A stretch of 64,000 nucleotides of DNA. It comes from Candidatus Heimdallarchaeota archaeon. GTDB lineage: Archaea; Asgardarchaeota; Heimdallarchaeia; Heimdallarchaeales; Heimdallarchaeaceae. The translations under genes and the position numbers were made by a program. The DNA is taken from the NCBI GenBank assembly GCA_021399345.1, contig JAAFKI010000051.1:1-64000 (forward strand), in the 5' to 3' direction. Below, piece after piece: positions 48,533 to 57,694 of this stretch (positions within the stretch are counted from its first letter, which is position 1; each line of letters starts with the position of its first letter). The notes beneath the pieces were generated by a model. That model saw only the letters and a program-made list of their open reading frames with translations, did no database searches and was not told where the DNA came from.

Positions 48533-48790
48533 TTATATTTCTAAAGCTTCTTCTGGCCACATTTTCTCCACAACTTCGCTGTTGCATTTCATACAGAGAT
48601 TTTTCTTTTGGATAATCCCATCTCTGTCTGTAGAAAAGTTCTGAATTAAACCACGGTCACAGAGAATATCAGATTTACAATCTCTGCAATAAAAATATCT
48701 TCCTGTTTGTTTAGGTGACCATAGATATTTACTACAGGAGGCACAGCGATCTCTAAAATCACATTTCATGTGTTGAGCAATAATAGTCAA
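48533..48790 (-). CDS. Small Cys-rich zinc-finger protein
   Basis: Eight Cys: C..CASC..CRDC..C..CMKC. Confidence 0.65.
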   Translation of the reverse strand: MTIIAQHMKCDFRDRCASCSKYLWSPKQTGRYFYCRDCKSDILCDRGLIQNFSTDRDGIIQKKNLCMKCNSEVVEKMWPEEALEI

Positions 48791-49018
48791 CTATTTGTCC
48801 TCCTTTTTCATATACCAGTCATGATATGCTCTTTTACGTTCTCTATCTTTTCTTTCTGTTTCTTCAGTAGTTTCCCCAACAATTTTTTTCTGTTCATTAC
48901 GAACTGTAGTTTTAACGTTATCAAGCTCTCCTCTTTTGAAAGAAAGACCACAATCTAAGCAAACCATAAAAGGAGCTTTATATTTTACTTCGCCACCGCA
49001 ATCTGGGCATCTCGCCAT
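48791..49018 (-). CDS. Small archaeal zinc-ribbon protein
   Basis: CPDCGG..VCLDCG plus charged helix ending DWYM; AGGTG SD upstream. Confidence 0.8.
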   Translation of the reverse strand: MARCPDCGGEVKYKAPFMVCLDCGLSFKRGELDNVKTTVRNEQKKIVGETTEETERKDRERKRAYHDWYMKKEDK

Positions 49019-49120
49019 ATTTACACCTTCTGTTCAATGAATACTAGCAAATTGTCTTTTAAAAGTTAGTCTATTGTGTCAAAAAAAAGTATACCAAATA
49101 CACACTTCTTAAAAAAATCA

Positions 49121-49194
49121 TGGTGCACGCACCGGGATTCGAACTCGGGTTTCAGCCGTGGGAGGGCTGAGTCCTACCACTAGACTATGCGTGC
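49121..49194 (-). tRNA. tRNA-Gly (CCC), intron-less, genomically encoded CCA
   Basis: GCACGCA acceptor stem, CAGCC/GGCTG anticodon stem with loop CT-CCC-AC, TTCGAAT T-loop, ends ACCA. Confidence 0.95.
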
Positions 49195-49265
49195 TAGAGA
49201 TAGATAAAAACAAGCTAACTTTCTTTTAATTCTTTCCATGTAATCTTTATTTAATTACACATAAA

Positions 49266-50453
49266 CTATGTTCTTACTAAGGAATCAACTGTTTCCAGGA
49301 AAATTAGTATTTCATTCTCAGTATTGTAAAGATGAGTTGATATTCTTACTAAGTCATTGAATTTAAGCTCATACATATACAGATGAGAACACAAAGCCCC
49401 ACTTCTTACTTGTATATTTTTCATATCATCTAGAACCATAGCCAAATCGTGTGCTTCAATTTTTTCACTGCCAAATGACAAAATTGGTCCATATTCAGCT
49501 CCCTCAATTTTGTTTAACTTAATAGAAGGAATGCTTTCTAAACCAGCTCTTAGCTTAGAATGTAATTTTTTCTCATGCGCCTGAATCTTTGATAACCCAA
49601 AATTCGATAATAGTTCTAGACTATTAGTCATTGCATTTATATTGGCAACATTAATTATCCCTGTTTCAAACTTCGAACCTGAAGAATTAAGGAGATAGGA
49701 ATATTCTTCAAGTGCAATTATTGAACCTCCTCCAACAATTAGAGGATCCATTTCATTATAGATTTCATTATTAGTAATCTGGAATGCTGTACCTGCAGGT
49801 CCTAAAGCACCCATGCATCCTGAAGATACAACTATATCTGGTGTTTCTTTATCAAACATAATCTCTTCATGGCCCACTGAATAACTAATATCTAGAATGA
49901 ATGTGGCATCCACTTCTTTACAGATTTTAGCTATCTTATTCCATTCTCTCTTCACACCATTAGTAGCTGTTAAAGAAGAAAGAAGCACAATGTCTTTTGG
50001 AGAATGTATTGTTTCACTAATATTCTCAACAAGGTTTGTTTCATCTTCGATATTAAGATAATCAATCTTTGTACCAAAAGAATTATTAGCTTTTATTGCA
50101 GGAGCTAAAATAGAATGCTCCTCTAGAATACTAGTAACAACTCTTTTTTCACCTATATTCGGCATTGAATGAAAGACACTTGTTAGAACCGTTTCTCTTG
50201 ATGGAAAAAATGAAATTTGGGCTGGTTCTACATTGAATATCCTCGAAAGTGATTGCCTATTTTTTTCCAGAAGTCGATTACTAGAAGAAATTTCACTGTG
50301 TACCCCCCTAACAGGTGCTCCTCCTCCGTTTTTGTAATATTCATGTATTTTTTTCATAGAAGAAACAGGAATTTTTCCAATTGTAGCTGAATCTAGATAA
50401 ATTTGATCAGGTTTTAGGTTAAATTCAATTCCAAATCTTGTAGTAATCGTCAT
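49266..50453 (-). CDS. Class V aminotransferase / SufS-like protein lacking the PLP lysine, paralog 1
   Basis: YLDSAT, GGGSI, KFETG, VRSGALCSH, RISTHLYNT; SSGCMGALGP in place of SGHK..GP. Confidence 0.8.
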   Translation of the reverse strand: MTITTRFGIEFNLKPDQIYLDSATIGKIPVSSMKKIHEYYKNGGGAPVRGVHSEISSSNRLLEKNRQSLSRIFNVEPAQISFFPSRETVLTSVFHSMPNIGEKRVVTSILEEHSILAPAIKANNSFGTKIDYLNIEDETNLVENISETIHSPKDIVLLSSLTATNGVKREWNKIAKICKEVDATFILDISYSVGHEEIMFDKETPDIVVSSGCMGALGPAGTAFQITNNEIYNEMDPLIVGGGSIIALEEYSYLLNSSGSKFETGIINVANINAMTNSLELLSNFGLSKIQAHEKKLHSKLRAGLESIPSIKLNKIEGAEYGPILSFGSEKIEAHDLAMVLDDMKNIQVRSGALCSHLYMYELKFNDLVRISTHLYNTENEILIFLETVDSLVRT

Positions 50454-50542
50454 GGTTCTGTTAGGTTTATTCATAGTAGATTTTAAAATCTTCCTTGCTA
50501 TGAAATCAAAAAGTTTGAATACTAATAAGAACATAATTAATT

Positions 50543-50627
50543 AGGGAAAATCTAGAGGATGATCGTAAGGCATTTGGTAAAGCATTAGCGATGCCAGAAA
50601 GAAGCAAGGTGACCTATGATTTTCTCT
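50543..50627 (+). ncRNA. Candidate structured small RNA with K-turn-like motif
   Basis: Terminal stem AGGGAAAATC/GATTTTCTCT, ATGATC/GTGA box C/D-like pair, internal GGCAT/ATGCC stem. Confidence 0.3.
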
Positions 50628-50628
50628 T

Positions 50629-51822
50629 TCATATTTCTTCCATTATTGATTCTAATGTTTCTAGAAAAGAATTGATGTCTTCTTTTGTGTTATAAAGATG
50701 AGTAGAGACTTGAACTAGTGATTCTCGCTTCAATTCATCCATAAAAAGATGAGAACATAATGCTCCACTTCTAACATAAATGTTAGTCAGATCTTCTAGA
50801 ATAATTGCTATATCATGAGCATCAATATCTTCACTAAAGAAGGAAATAACAGGGCCATATGATAAACCATCTTTCTCAACAATATCTATCTTGTTAATAT
50901 TCTTAAGGCCATCATAAAGGGTTTTCCTTAATTCTTGCTCATGTTTTTTGATTTTTTCAAAACCAACATCTGAGAGCAGTTGCAGACTATTTGCTAAACC
51001 GGAAATAGAGGCTATATTCAGTGATCCTGGCTCATATTTATTTGGAACTGATGCTAATCTATAGCCAGATTCATTTACGGAAACAACAGCCCCTCCACCT
51101 ACTAAAACTGGGTTGAATTCTTTCTCTATTCCATCTGAAATGATTTGAAAAGCGGATCCATGAGGACCAAGAGCACCTATATCTCCAGATGAAATGATGA
51201 TGTGTGGAGAAATCTTATCAAAATTATATGCTGCATGACCTACCCCATTTGATATGTCTAAGATAAATAATAATTCATTGTCTATTGCTAATTGAGATAA
51301 ACTTTTCCAATCTCTTTGAACTCCCATTCCTAGAGTTAGAGATGACAGAACGATTGCTTTTGTTTTTGTATCAATCTTTGCTTGAATGGAAGAAACTAAA
51401 TCGATTTCTTCTTCTATTCCTGTAAAGTTTAGCTGCGTTCCACAGAATTTATTCAAATTCAAAAGTGGTGTTATTACTGAATGATCATCTAGAGAACTAG
51501 CAATAATTTCACTTTCTTTATCGAATCTTTGAGAAAAAAGTGCATTAAACATAGCGGTTTCTCTTGATGGTAGAAAAGAGACACGTGACCTGTCAACATA
51601 GAAGATATCTCCGATAGTTGAACGAGATTTCTCTAGTGTACGACTAGCATTGATTGCAATTTTATGTGTGCCCCTGCTAATCCCCCCTCCATGTTTGGAA
51701 TAAAAATCACTCATGACTGATACTGAGGACTTAGGTAGTCTTCCTGCAGTTGCAGAATCTAGATAAATTTCGTTTTCATTAATGATGAAATCTATCCCAA
51801 AGTGATTTTTGACAGTCATCAA
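50629..51822 (-). CDS. Class V aminotransferase / SufS-like protein lacking the PLP lysine, paralog 2
   Basis: YLDSAT, RGTH, KYEPG, VRSGALCSH; SSGDIGALGP in place of SGHK..GP. Confidence 0.8.
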   Translation of the reverse strand: MMTVKNHFGIDFIINENEIYLDSATAGRLPKSSVSVMSDFYSKHGGGISRGTHKIAINASRTLEKSRSTIGDIFYVDRSRVSFLPSRETAMFNALFSQRFDKESEIIASSLDDHSVITPLLNLNKFCGTQLNFTGIEEEIDLVSSIQAKIDTKTKAIVLSSLTLGMGVQRDWKSLSQLAIDNELLFILDISNGVGHAAYNFDKISPHIIISSGDIGALGPHGSAFQIISDGIEKEFNPVLVGGGAVVSVNESGYRLASVPNKYEPGSLNIASISGLANSLQLLSDVGFEKIKKHEQELRKTLYDGLKNINKIDIVEKDGLSYGPVISFFSEDIDAHDIAIILEDLTNIYVRSGALCSHLFMDELKRESLVQVSTHLYNTKEDINSFLETLESIMEEI

Positions 51823-51904
51823 TGAATTGATTGAAATCAGATTGATTTAAACGTTTGTTTCCAAACACCATTTTTTTATATGTAATTCAAATTTCAAGCA
51901 TGTT

Positions 51905-52360
51905 ATGTTAAATAATCTAGATAAATTGGCAATAAATTTGGAAGAGAATATTAACAATTATTTGAATGTATTCAACGATTTACTGGACAACATATCTAAT
52001 TTATCTAGTAGTAAAATTAATGATGTCCTCTGGAAACTGAGGTCTGATTTAGAACTATTGATAATAGAATTTAAATTTGCTTTAGAGAAGGAAGATAAAA
52101 CAGAGAGATGGCAATCTTCATTCAAAGAAGAACTTAAAGGGACAAGTTCAAAACAAAAAGCTATAACGATGTTGGAAAGATATAGGAAGAGCAATCAGGA
52201 AACCCAAACAATTTTTAAGAAGAAACCTGAACAGAGTTTCCGATATTTTTGGAAATTAAAAGAGACTATTTCCTCAATTCTTTCAGCATTTCCAGAGCAG
52301 AAAATTGAGTGGTCTAATGGTGAGTTGAAGAAGGTTTCTGAGGATGTTTTTGAAATTTGA
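51905..52360 (+). CDS. Hypothetical helical protein
   Basis: 151-aa ORF. Confidence 0.6.
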   Translation: MLNNLDKLAINLEENINNYLNVFNDLLDNISNLSSSKINDVLWKLRSDLELLIIEFKFALEKEDKTERWQSSFKEELKGTSSKQKAITMLERYRKSNQETQTIFKKKPEQSFRYFWKLKETISSILSAFPEQKIEWSNGELKKVSEDVFEI

Positions 52361-52396
52361 TTACATCTAACAGCAAATATAAAACAGTAAAACACT

Positions 52397-52897
52397 TTGG
52401 TTACTTGTATGAGTTCTCATTCACCTGAGTTTTTAGAAGATAAGGAAAAAATCAGGCAAGCTATGAAACTTGAAAGATACGTCTGCCCCCATAGAGAAAT
52501 TAACTATCCTTGTGTAATCTGTAAAGATTGCAGCGATATGGATTTAAAGCAATTTCCACTTAAAAATGGGTTTATCGAGAAAACTAGAAATTCCAGTTTG
52601 ATTTCACTTATTTTTGAACTTAGAGATCCTTTCGATGATATGTTACTCAAACGACTAAGTGTAGCACTTTATGAAGCTACAGGAATTGTTCAAAAGGAAC
52701 CAGAACCAGGATTTTCCATTACATTTTATATATCTGAAGCATTACTAGAAAAAATATCTGAAATTGAGAAACTCATAGATTTTATAGCGGATTTCCAGCA
52801 TAAATTCCTCTCTGAAACAATAGCTGCAAGAAGTGCTTTAAATAAATGGGAAAGATCAACAACAAAGCGGCTATTATGGGACATGAGTTTACAATAA
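52397..52897 (+). CDS. Hypothetical protein with a Cys cluster
   Basis: CPH..CVICKDC. Confidence 0.6.
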   Translation: MVTCMSSHSPEFLEDKEKIRQAMKLERYVCPHREINYPCVICKDCSDMDLKQFPLKNGFIEKTRNSSLISLIFELRDPFDDMLLKRLSVALYEATGIVQKEPEPGFSITFYISEALLEKISEIEKLIDFIADFQHKFLSETIAARSALNKWERSTTKRLLWDMSLQ

Positions 52898-52905
52898 AAA
52901 GAAGA

Positions 52906-54051
52906 TTAAGAAACACTCTTCCAGAATAATCCTATTTTATCAGCGTGATTTCGAACTTCAAACATTTCTGTAGTAGAAACTCTTCTCTTAATCTCAGGAA
53001 ATCTATCAGTTTGAAGAACAATATAATCGGGATGATATTGGCCCATAATGTTTACAAGTGGTGTATTAAGATTCTCATTGATCCAGTCCAGAAGAGGAAT
53101 AGAACAACACTTTGTGTGGTTTGGCATAACTAGGTGACGAATTATATACTCGCCTGATCCTCTGTCTTCAATCATTCTCATATTTCTTTGAAGCGCCTCC
53201 CAATATTTTGGTGCTTTGGAGTACTTGGTTGCACATTCTTTGTTTGAATATTTCATATCTGGTAGCCAAATATCAAAAAGATCTGCAATCAGTTTCATGC
53301 TCATATCAGTAAGATACATGTTACTATTCCACAACATTGGGACATCAACTTGTGTATGTTTGAAAGATTCTAAAATCACATGTAAGTTTGGTGTAGGTTC
53401 TCCTCCAACAAAATTGATATTTCTCGCATTCTGTTTAACCAGAGTGAAATAATGTTGTGCAAGCTGAATGGCTGATGTCCCTCTCCCCTTAATTCTCTCA
53501 AACCCAAATTCGTGACTTATATCCCAGTTTTGACAAAACTGACAATCAATAGTACAGCCCAAAAAGAATATTGTACCGCTAGGGACAATAGGACTTTCTT
53601 CCCCCATATGAATGAAAGCTGAGCTAACATATGCCTTATCATCAACTCCACATTTTCCAACTTCTCCTTCATCACGGTTGGCTCTGCATCTATTCTCACA
53701 GAATTCACAGGAAGAAAGAACATCTTTAAAGATAGTTAGTTTCAGCTCTAGATAATTATTACTTGTGACGTCCTCAGCTTTGTACAGCTCTGCAATTTCT
53801 TTCTCAATCTTTTCAAGTGGAAGATGCTGTTTCTCTGCTATCCACTTCTTGAATTTTGGATGGTAGTGTTCATGAATATTCATTAATTCATCTTTATCTT
53901 TGTAACCATTAAAAGGAACATGAAATAATCGGGCTAGTTTGTAACGGGGTATACGTTTCCCCTGAAATATTTCTCTGTAATACACTAGACGATTTTCTAA
54001 TTCAACTTGTTGCCAAACAGTCATTGTATCTCTTTTTGAAAGAGTCCACAT
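52906..54051 (-). CDS. PflX-like radical SAM protein
   Basis: CEFCENRC, HMGEE..PSGTIFF.GCTIDCQFCQNW, GGEPTPN, IRHLVMP.H. Confidence 0.9.
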   Translation of the reverse strand: MWTLSKRDTMTVWQQVELENRLVYYREIFQGKRIPRYKLARLFHVPFNGYKDKDELMNIHEHYHPKFKKWIAEKQHLPLEKIEKEIAELYKAEDVTSNNYLELKLTIFKDVLSSCEFCENRCRANRDEGEVGKCGVDDKAYVSSAFIHMGEESPIVPSGTIFFLGCTIDCQFCQNWDISHEFGFERIKGRGTSAIQLAQHYFTLVKQNARNINFVGGEPTPNLHVILESFKHTQVDVPMLWNSNMYLTDMSMKLIADLFDIWLPDMKYSNKECATKYSKAPKYWEALQRNMRMIEDRGSGEYIIRHLVMPNHTKCCSIPLLDWINENLNTPLVNIMGQYHPDYIVLQTDRFPEIKRRVSTTEMFEVRNHADKIGLFWKSVS

Positions 54052-54207
54052 TAATAAAAAATATGTAAAGTATCTGAAATACTTTGTGCTGGAATAATAT
54101 TAAAAGAAATAGGCCGAACATCAACTTATAGATAAATGTTAAGGAGGAAATTCTCAAAAAAAAGATGTTAGTTTAATAAGATTTAATAATGAAGTTCAAA
54201 AAATATC

Positions 54208-55248
54208 ATGAAATTAATGTCACAGTCTCCACTGCACGAAGCTGAATATTACGATGTACTTGATGAAGAAAATAAAGTAATCCTATGTCGCTTATGCCCC
54301 ATAGAATGTACTTTGCTAGTTGGAGAGATTGGTAAATGTTCTTCGCGTATAAATCTTGAAGGGAAAATGTATTCTCTAACTTATGGATATACAGATATGA
54401 AGATAGATATGATTGAAAAACAACATGTTTTTCATTTTCATCCAAATTCAAGAGCACAAACATTTTCTACTTACAATTGTAATCTTGATTGTGATTATTG
54501 TGTAATGCCTGATAAGATTGGGGTTGATCCAGCTCAAACTAGTGCAAAAAAACTAGCTCCTGATCAAGCTGCAATGTTTGGGATGGCATCAGGTTCTAAA
54601 GTTATGGCTTTTGGTGAAGCTGAACCACTAATATCTTTTGAATGGGTTCGTGATACAGCGATTCTTGCTCAGCAGAGAAATCTGAAAGTGTTATTGAGAA
54701 CCAATGCATATTTCAATGAAGAACCTGTTAAGGAGATTCTTGAGTATGTTGATGCGGTTATTATTGACATAAAGTCAGTTACTGATACCGGGTATCAACA
54801 AAAGTGTCATGCAGGTACTTTCAAAGAAATTAAGAAGATTATCAAGTTGATTTATGAAGAGGAAAAACTTCTCGAACTAAATTTCGTTATCCATGGAGCA
54901 CTTGAGAATACTGAAGGACAAACTAGAGAACTAGCCGAATGGATAAAAGAAGAACTTTCAGTATCTGTTCCGCTACACTTAGATAGATTGCTCCCTGCTC
55001 ATAGACTTAAAGAAGTACAACCTACAACTACAGAATTATTAGAGAAATGTTATCAAATAGCTAAGGACGTAGGCTTAGAGTTTGTTTATTTAAACAATGT
55101 ACCTGATCATGAAGCATCACATACTTATTGTCCAAAATGTGGAGAATTGCTTATTTATAGAGGAGCTTCAGCAACAGAAGTAAGGAGAATCTCTTTACAA
55201 GGAAATTGTAATAAATGTGAAACTAAGCTCAATATAGTTTTCAAATAA
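54208..55248 (+). CDS. Divergent AmrS-like radical SAM protein
   Basis: CRLCPIEC, DMIEKQ, CNLDCDYC, EAEP, CPKC..CNKC. Confidence 0.8.
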   Translation: MKLMSQSPLHEAEYYDVLDEENKVILCRLCPIECTLLVGEIGKCSSRINLEGKMYSLTYGYTDMKIDMIEKQHVFHFHPNSRAQTFSTYNCNLDCDYCVMPDKIGVDPAQTSAKKLAPDQAAMFGMASGSKVMAFGEAEPLISFEWVRDTAILAQQRNLKVLLRTNAYFNEEPVKEILEYVDAVIIDIKSVTDTGYQQKCHAGTFKEIKKIIKLIYEEEKLLELNFVIHGALENTEGQTRELAEWIKEELSVSVPLHLDRLLPAHRLKEVQPTTTELLEKCYQIAKDVGLEFVYLNNVPDHEASHTYCPKCGELLIYRGASATEVRRISLQGNCNKCETKLNIVFK

Positions 55249-55261
55249 AAGATTGAATTTT

Positions 55262-55582
55262 TTAAGCAATTGATTCAATAGTAAAATCTACAATCATTAT
55301 GTTTAATTGTCCTTCCAGTTCCTCTTTTACCAAATCAATGAATCTGTGAATATCCTCAGTTCCATCCCTGTAAGAAGCTCTGAAAAGAAATTGAATTTCT
55401 ATCCAATCTTCGTAAAAAAAGGTTGTTTCTAATCGAGGTTGTCTTTTAGGTTCTTTTTCTGCAATTTCTTTTTGTACCATGTTTAGATGAAGATCGAATT
55501 CTCCTAAGTCTTCATACTGACCTTCATCATTTGGTTGTGCAGTAATCCCACAATAATAATGGTAAAAACCTGAAGTTGTCAT
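55262..55582 (-). CDS. Hypothetical acidic protein
   Basis: 106-aa ORF immediately downstream of lonB. Confidence 0.6.
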   Translation of the reverse strand: MTTSGFYHYYCGITAQPNDEGQYEDLGEFDLHLNMVQKEIAEKEPKRQPRLETTFFYEDWIEIQFLFRASYRDGTEDIHRFIDLVKEELEGQLNIMIVDFTIESIA

Positions 55583-55588
55583 TTCGGC

Positions 55589-57532
55589 TCATTTCTTCTT
55601 ATCAGTGTTAAGTGCTGAATGTTCTAAAGCTAAGTCTTCATACTTCTTAGCAATATAGCTATATTCCTTTGGAAGAGCATTTCGAAGTACTTCGTGAAAG
55701 TTTGTTACTGGGATGATTTCCACCATTCCTTTATACCTTTCTTCTAACTTAACATCATCTATATTTTGAATTGGTACAATGACTCGCTTTATTCCAGCTT
55801 CAGTTGCAGCTTCAATTTTTGCAGTAACTCCACCAACTGGAATAACTATTCCTCTAACTGTTAAACTACCAGTCATAGCAGTATCCTGCCTAATTGGTGC
55901 TTTCTCTAGAGCTGATATGATAGAAACAGCTATTGAAATAGAAGCTGAATCTCCTTCGACACCAGAATAAGAACCAACAAATTGAATGTGGTAATCAAAG
56001 TCTGAAATATCTTTACCGACATACTTCTTTACAATTGCTGAAACATTCTGTACAGCTTCTCTAGCAATAATTCGTAATTGACCTGTCGCAATGATTTTTC
56101 CTTCTCTTCTACTGAAAGCTGGAACAACTTCTGCTTCGATAGGCATAACAATACCTGATCTTTGATTGATGACAGCAAGGCCATTTACTCTTCCAACTTT
56201 GGCATCATCAGTTTCAAAGATTTTGTAGAGTTTTCTTGAATCGGCATAAGAATCACTCATTTGATTTTCCAAAGTTCTTGCAATAACCTTGGCATTTCTA
56301 AGTGTCTCAGCAGATACTAAATCCTCTCCATTTTCTTTGGCTAAGTCGCCTGCAGCTCTAATTAACCCTCCTAATTCTCGTAATCGTAAAGTAAGATGGT
56401 CTTTCTTGTCAGCTCTTCGTTGAGCTTCATAAATTATTTCTTCAACTGCTTCATGTTTGAAGTGAGGAATCCTTCGATCTTTTACAATCTCTTGCGCACA
56501 AAAACGAGCTAGCTTTCGTCTGTTCTCAGGAGTATCTTTCATAGTGTCAGTCATATAAACCTCATAGCCAGATCCTTGAATCCTTGATCTCAATGCAGGA
56601 TGCATGTTACGAGTAGTTTCAATATTACCAGCTGCAATTAAAACAAATTCACAGGGAACTGGGTCGCTTCTAACCATTGCCCCACTACTAAGCTCTGATT
56701 GACCAGTGATTTGTAGTTTACCCTCTTGCATGGCAGTAAGTAGTTTTTGCTGAGTTCTCATTTCAAGAGTCCCTATCTCATCACTGTAGAGAACACCAAG
56801 GTGAGATTTGTGAATTAAACCACTTTCTACACGTTCGTGAGGTGGAGTTCCTAATCCTCCAGATTGGAAAGGATCGTGTCTAACATCACCAAGGAGAGCC
56901 CCAGCATGTGATCCAGTAGCATCATTAAAGGGTGCTTTTTCCTTCTTACTATTATCTACTAATAGTTTTGGTACAAGCATTTCGCTTTTAGATCTGGATT
57001 GATTAAGCATAAAGAAAATGAAAAAACCTACAAACATAGCCATCAAAAGAGTCTGTGGTTGACTAGCTGGATTACCAGCAGTAGCTATCAATGCATAACC
57101 AATTATAGCAAGTAAGATTGCGATAGAAATAATAAACCGCTTATTTCCACTTTTTCTAGCCAGCTCTGCATCCATCTCAACTTTTCTAGCACCATGACCT
57201 GCGGGAAGGTTTGCTACGCGTGGTTGGTTTGGATATTTAGGGTTGGCTATACATAAAACATCAACAAGCTCCTCTTTAGGAAGAAGTTCAGCCATTGCTT
57301 GACCAAGCATGCTTTTACCTGTACCTGGTTCTCCAATCAAAAGAACATGTCTTCTCTGTAAGGCAGCTTTTTTGATAATTTCAGTAGCATTTTCCTGACC
57401 AATTACTTGATCAATTAAACGAGGAGGTACAGAAATTTCACTTGTATCATTGAATTCAATGTCCAATAGTACTTTTTTTCTTGCCTTAGGCTTTACCTTT
57501 TTCTTGGCTTTAGATTGAGTTCCAGACGCCAT
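55589..57532 (-). CDS. lonB: Archaeal membrane-anchored Lon protease (LonB)
   Basis: DQVIGQ, GEPGTGKS, two TM helices, GDVRHDPFQSGG, EGDSAS, KIEAA Ser-Lys dyad. Confidence 0.96.
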   Translation of the reverse strand: MASGTQSKAKKKVKPKARKKVLLDIEFNDTSEISVPPRLIDQVIGQENATEIIKKAALQRRHVLLIGEPGTGKSMLGQAMAELLPKEELVDVLCIANPKYPNQPRVANLPAGHGARKVEMDAELARKSGNKRFIISIAILLAIIGYALIATAGNPASQPQTLLMAMFVGFFIFFMLNQSRSKSEMLVPKLLVDNSKKEKAPFNDATGSHAGALLGDVRHDPFQSGGLGTPPHERVESGLIHKSHLGVLYSDEIGTLEMRTQQKLLTAMQEGKLQITGQSELSSGAMVRSDPVPCEFVLIAAGNIETTRNMHPALRSRIQGSGYEVYMTDTMKDTPENRRKLARFCAQEIVKDRRIPHFKHEAVEEIIYEAQRRADKKDHLTLRLRELGGLIRAAGDLAKENGEDLVSAETLRNAKVIARTLENQMSDSYADSRKLYKIFETDDAKVGRVNGLAVINQRSGIVMPIEAEVVPAFSRREGKIIATGQLRIIAREAVQNVSAIVKKYVGKDISDFDYHIQFVGSYSGVEGDSASISIAVSIISALEKAPIRQDTAMTGSLTVRGIVIPVGGVTAKIEAATEAGIKRVIVPIQNIDDVKLEERYKGMVEIIPVTNFHEVLRNALPKEYSYIAKKYEDLALEHSALNTDKKK

Positions 57533-57694
57533 AAATATCACAAATATAGATAACCGTATTTTCAATTGATAAGGTTTACTGACGTTAATAAAGATATGTT
57601 TTAAGTCAAAATTTCTGTGAGTTATGAACAAATTCTATCTTTAATTTAAATGAAAAGGCTTTAATTTCCAATCGATTATAATTGCAAGAGTAAT

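Noticed and set aside
50543-50631. SECIS element or Sec read-through of the TGA ending the SufS-like gene
   Set aside because: The AUGA/GA motif is on the opposite strand, and read-through would add only about five residues.
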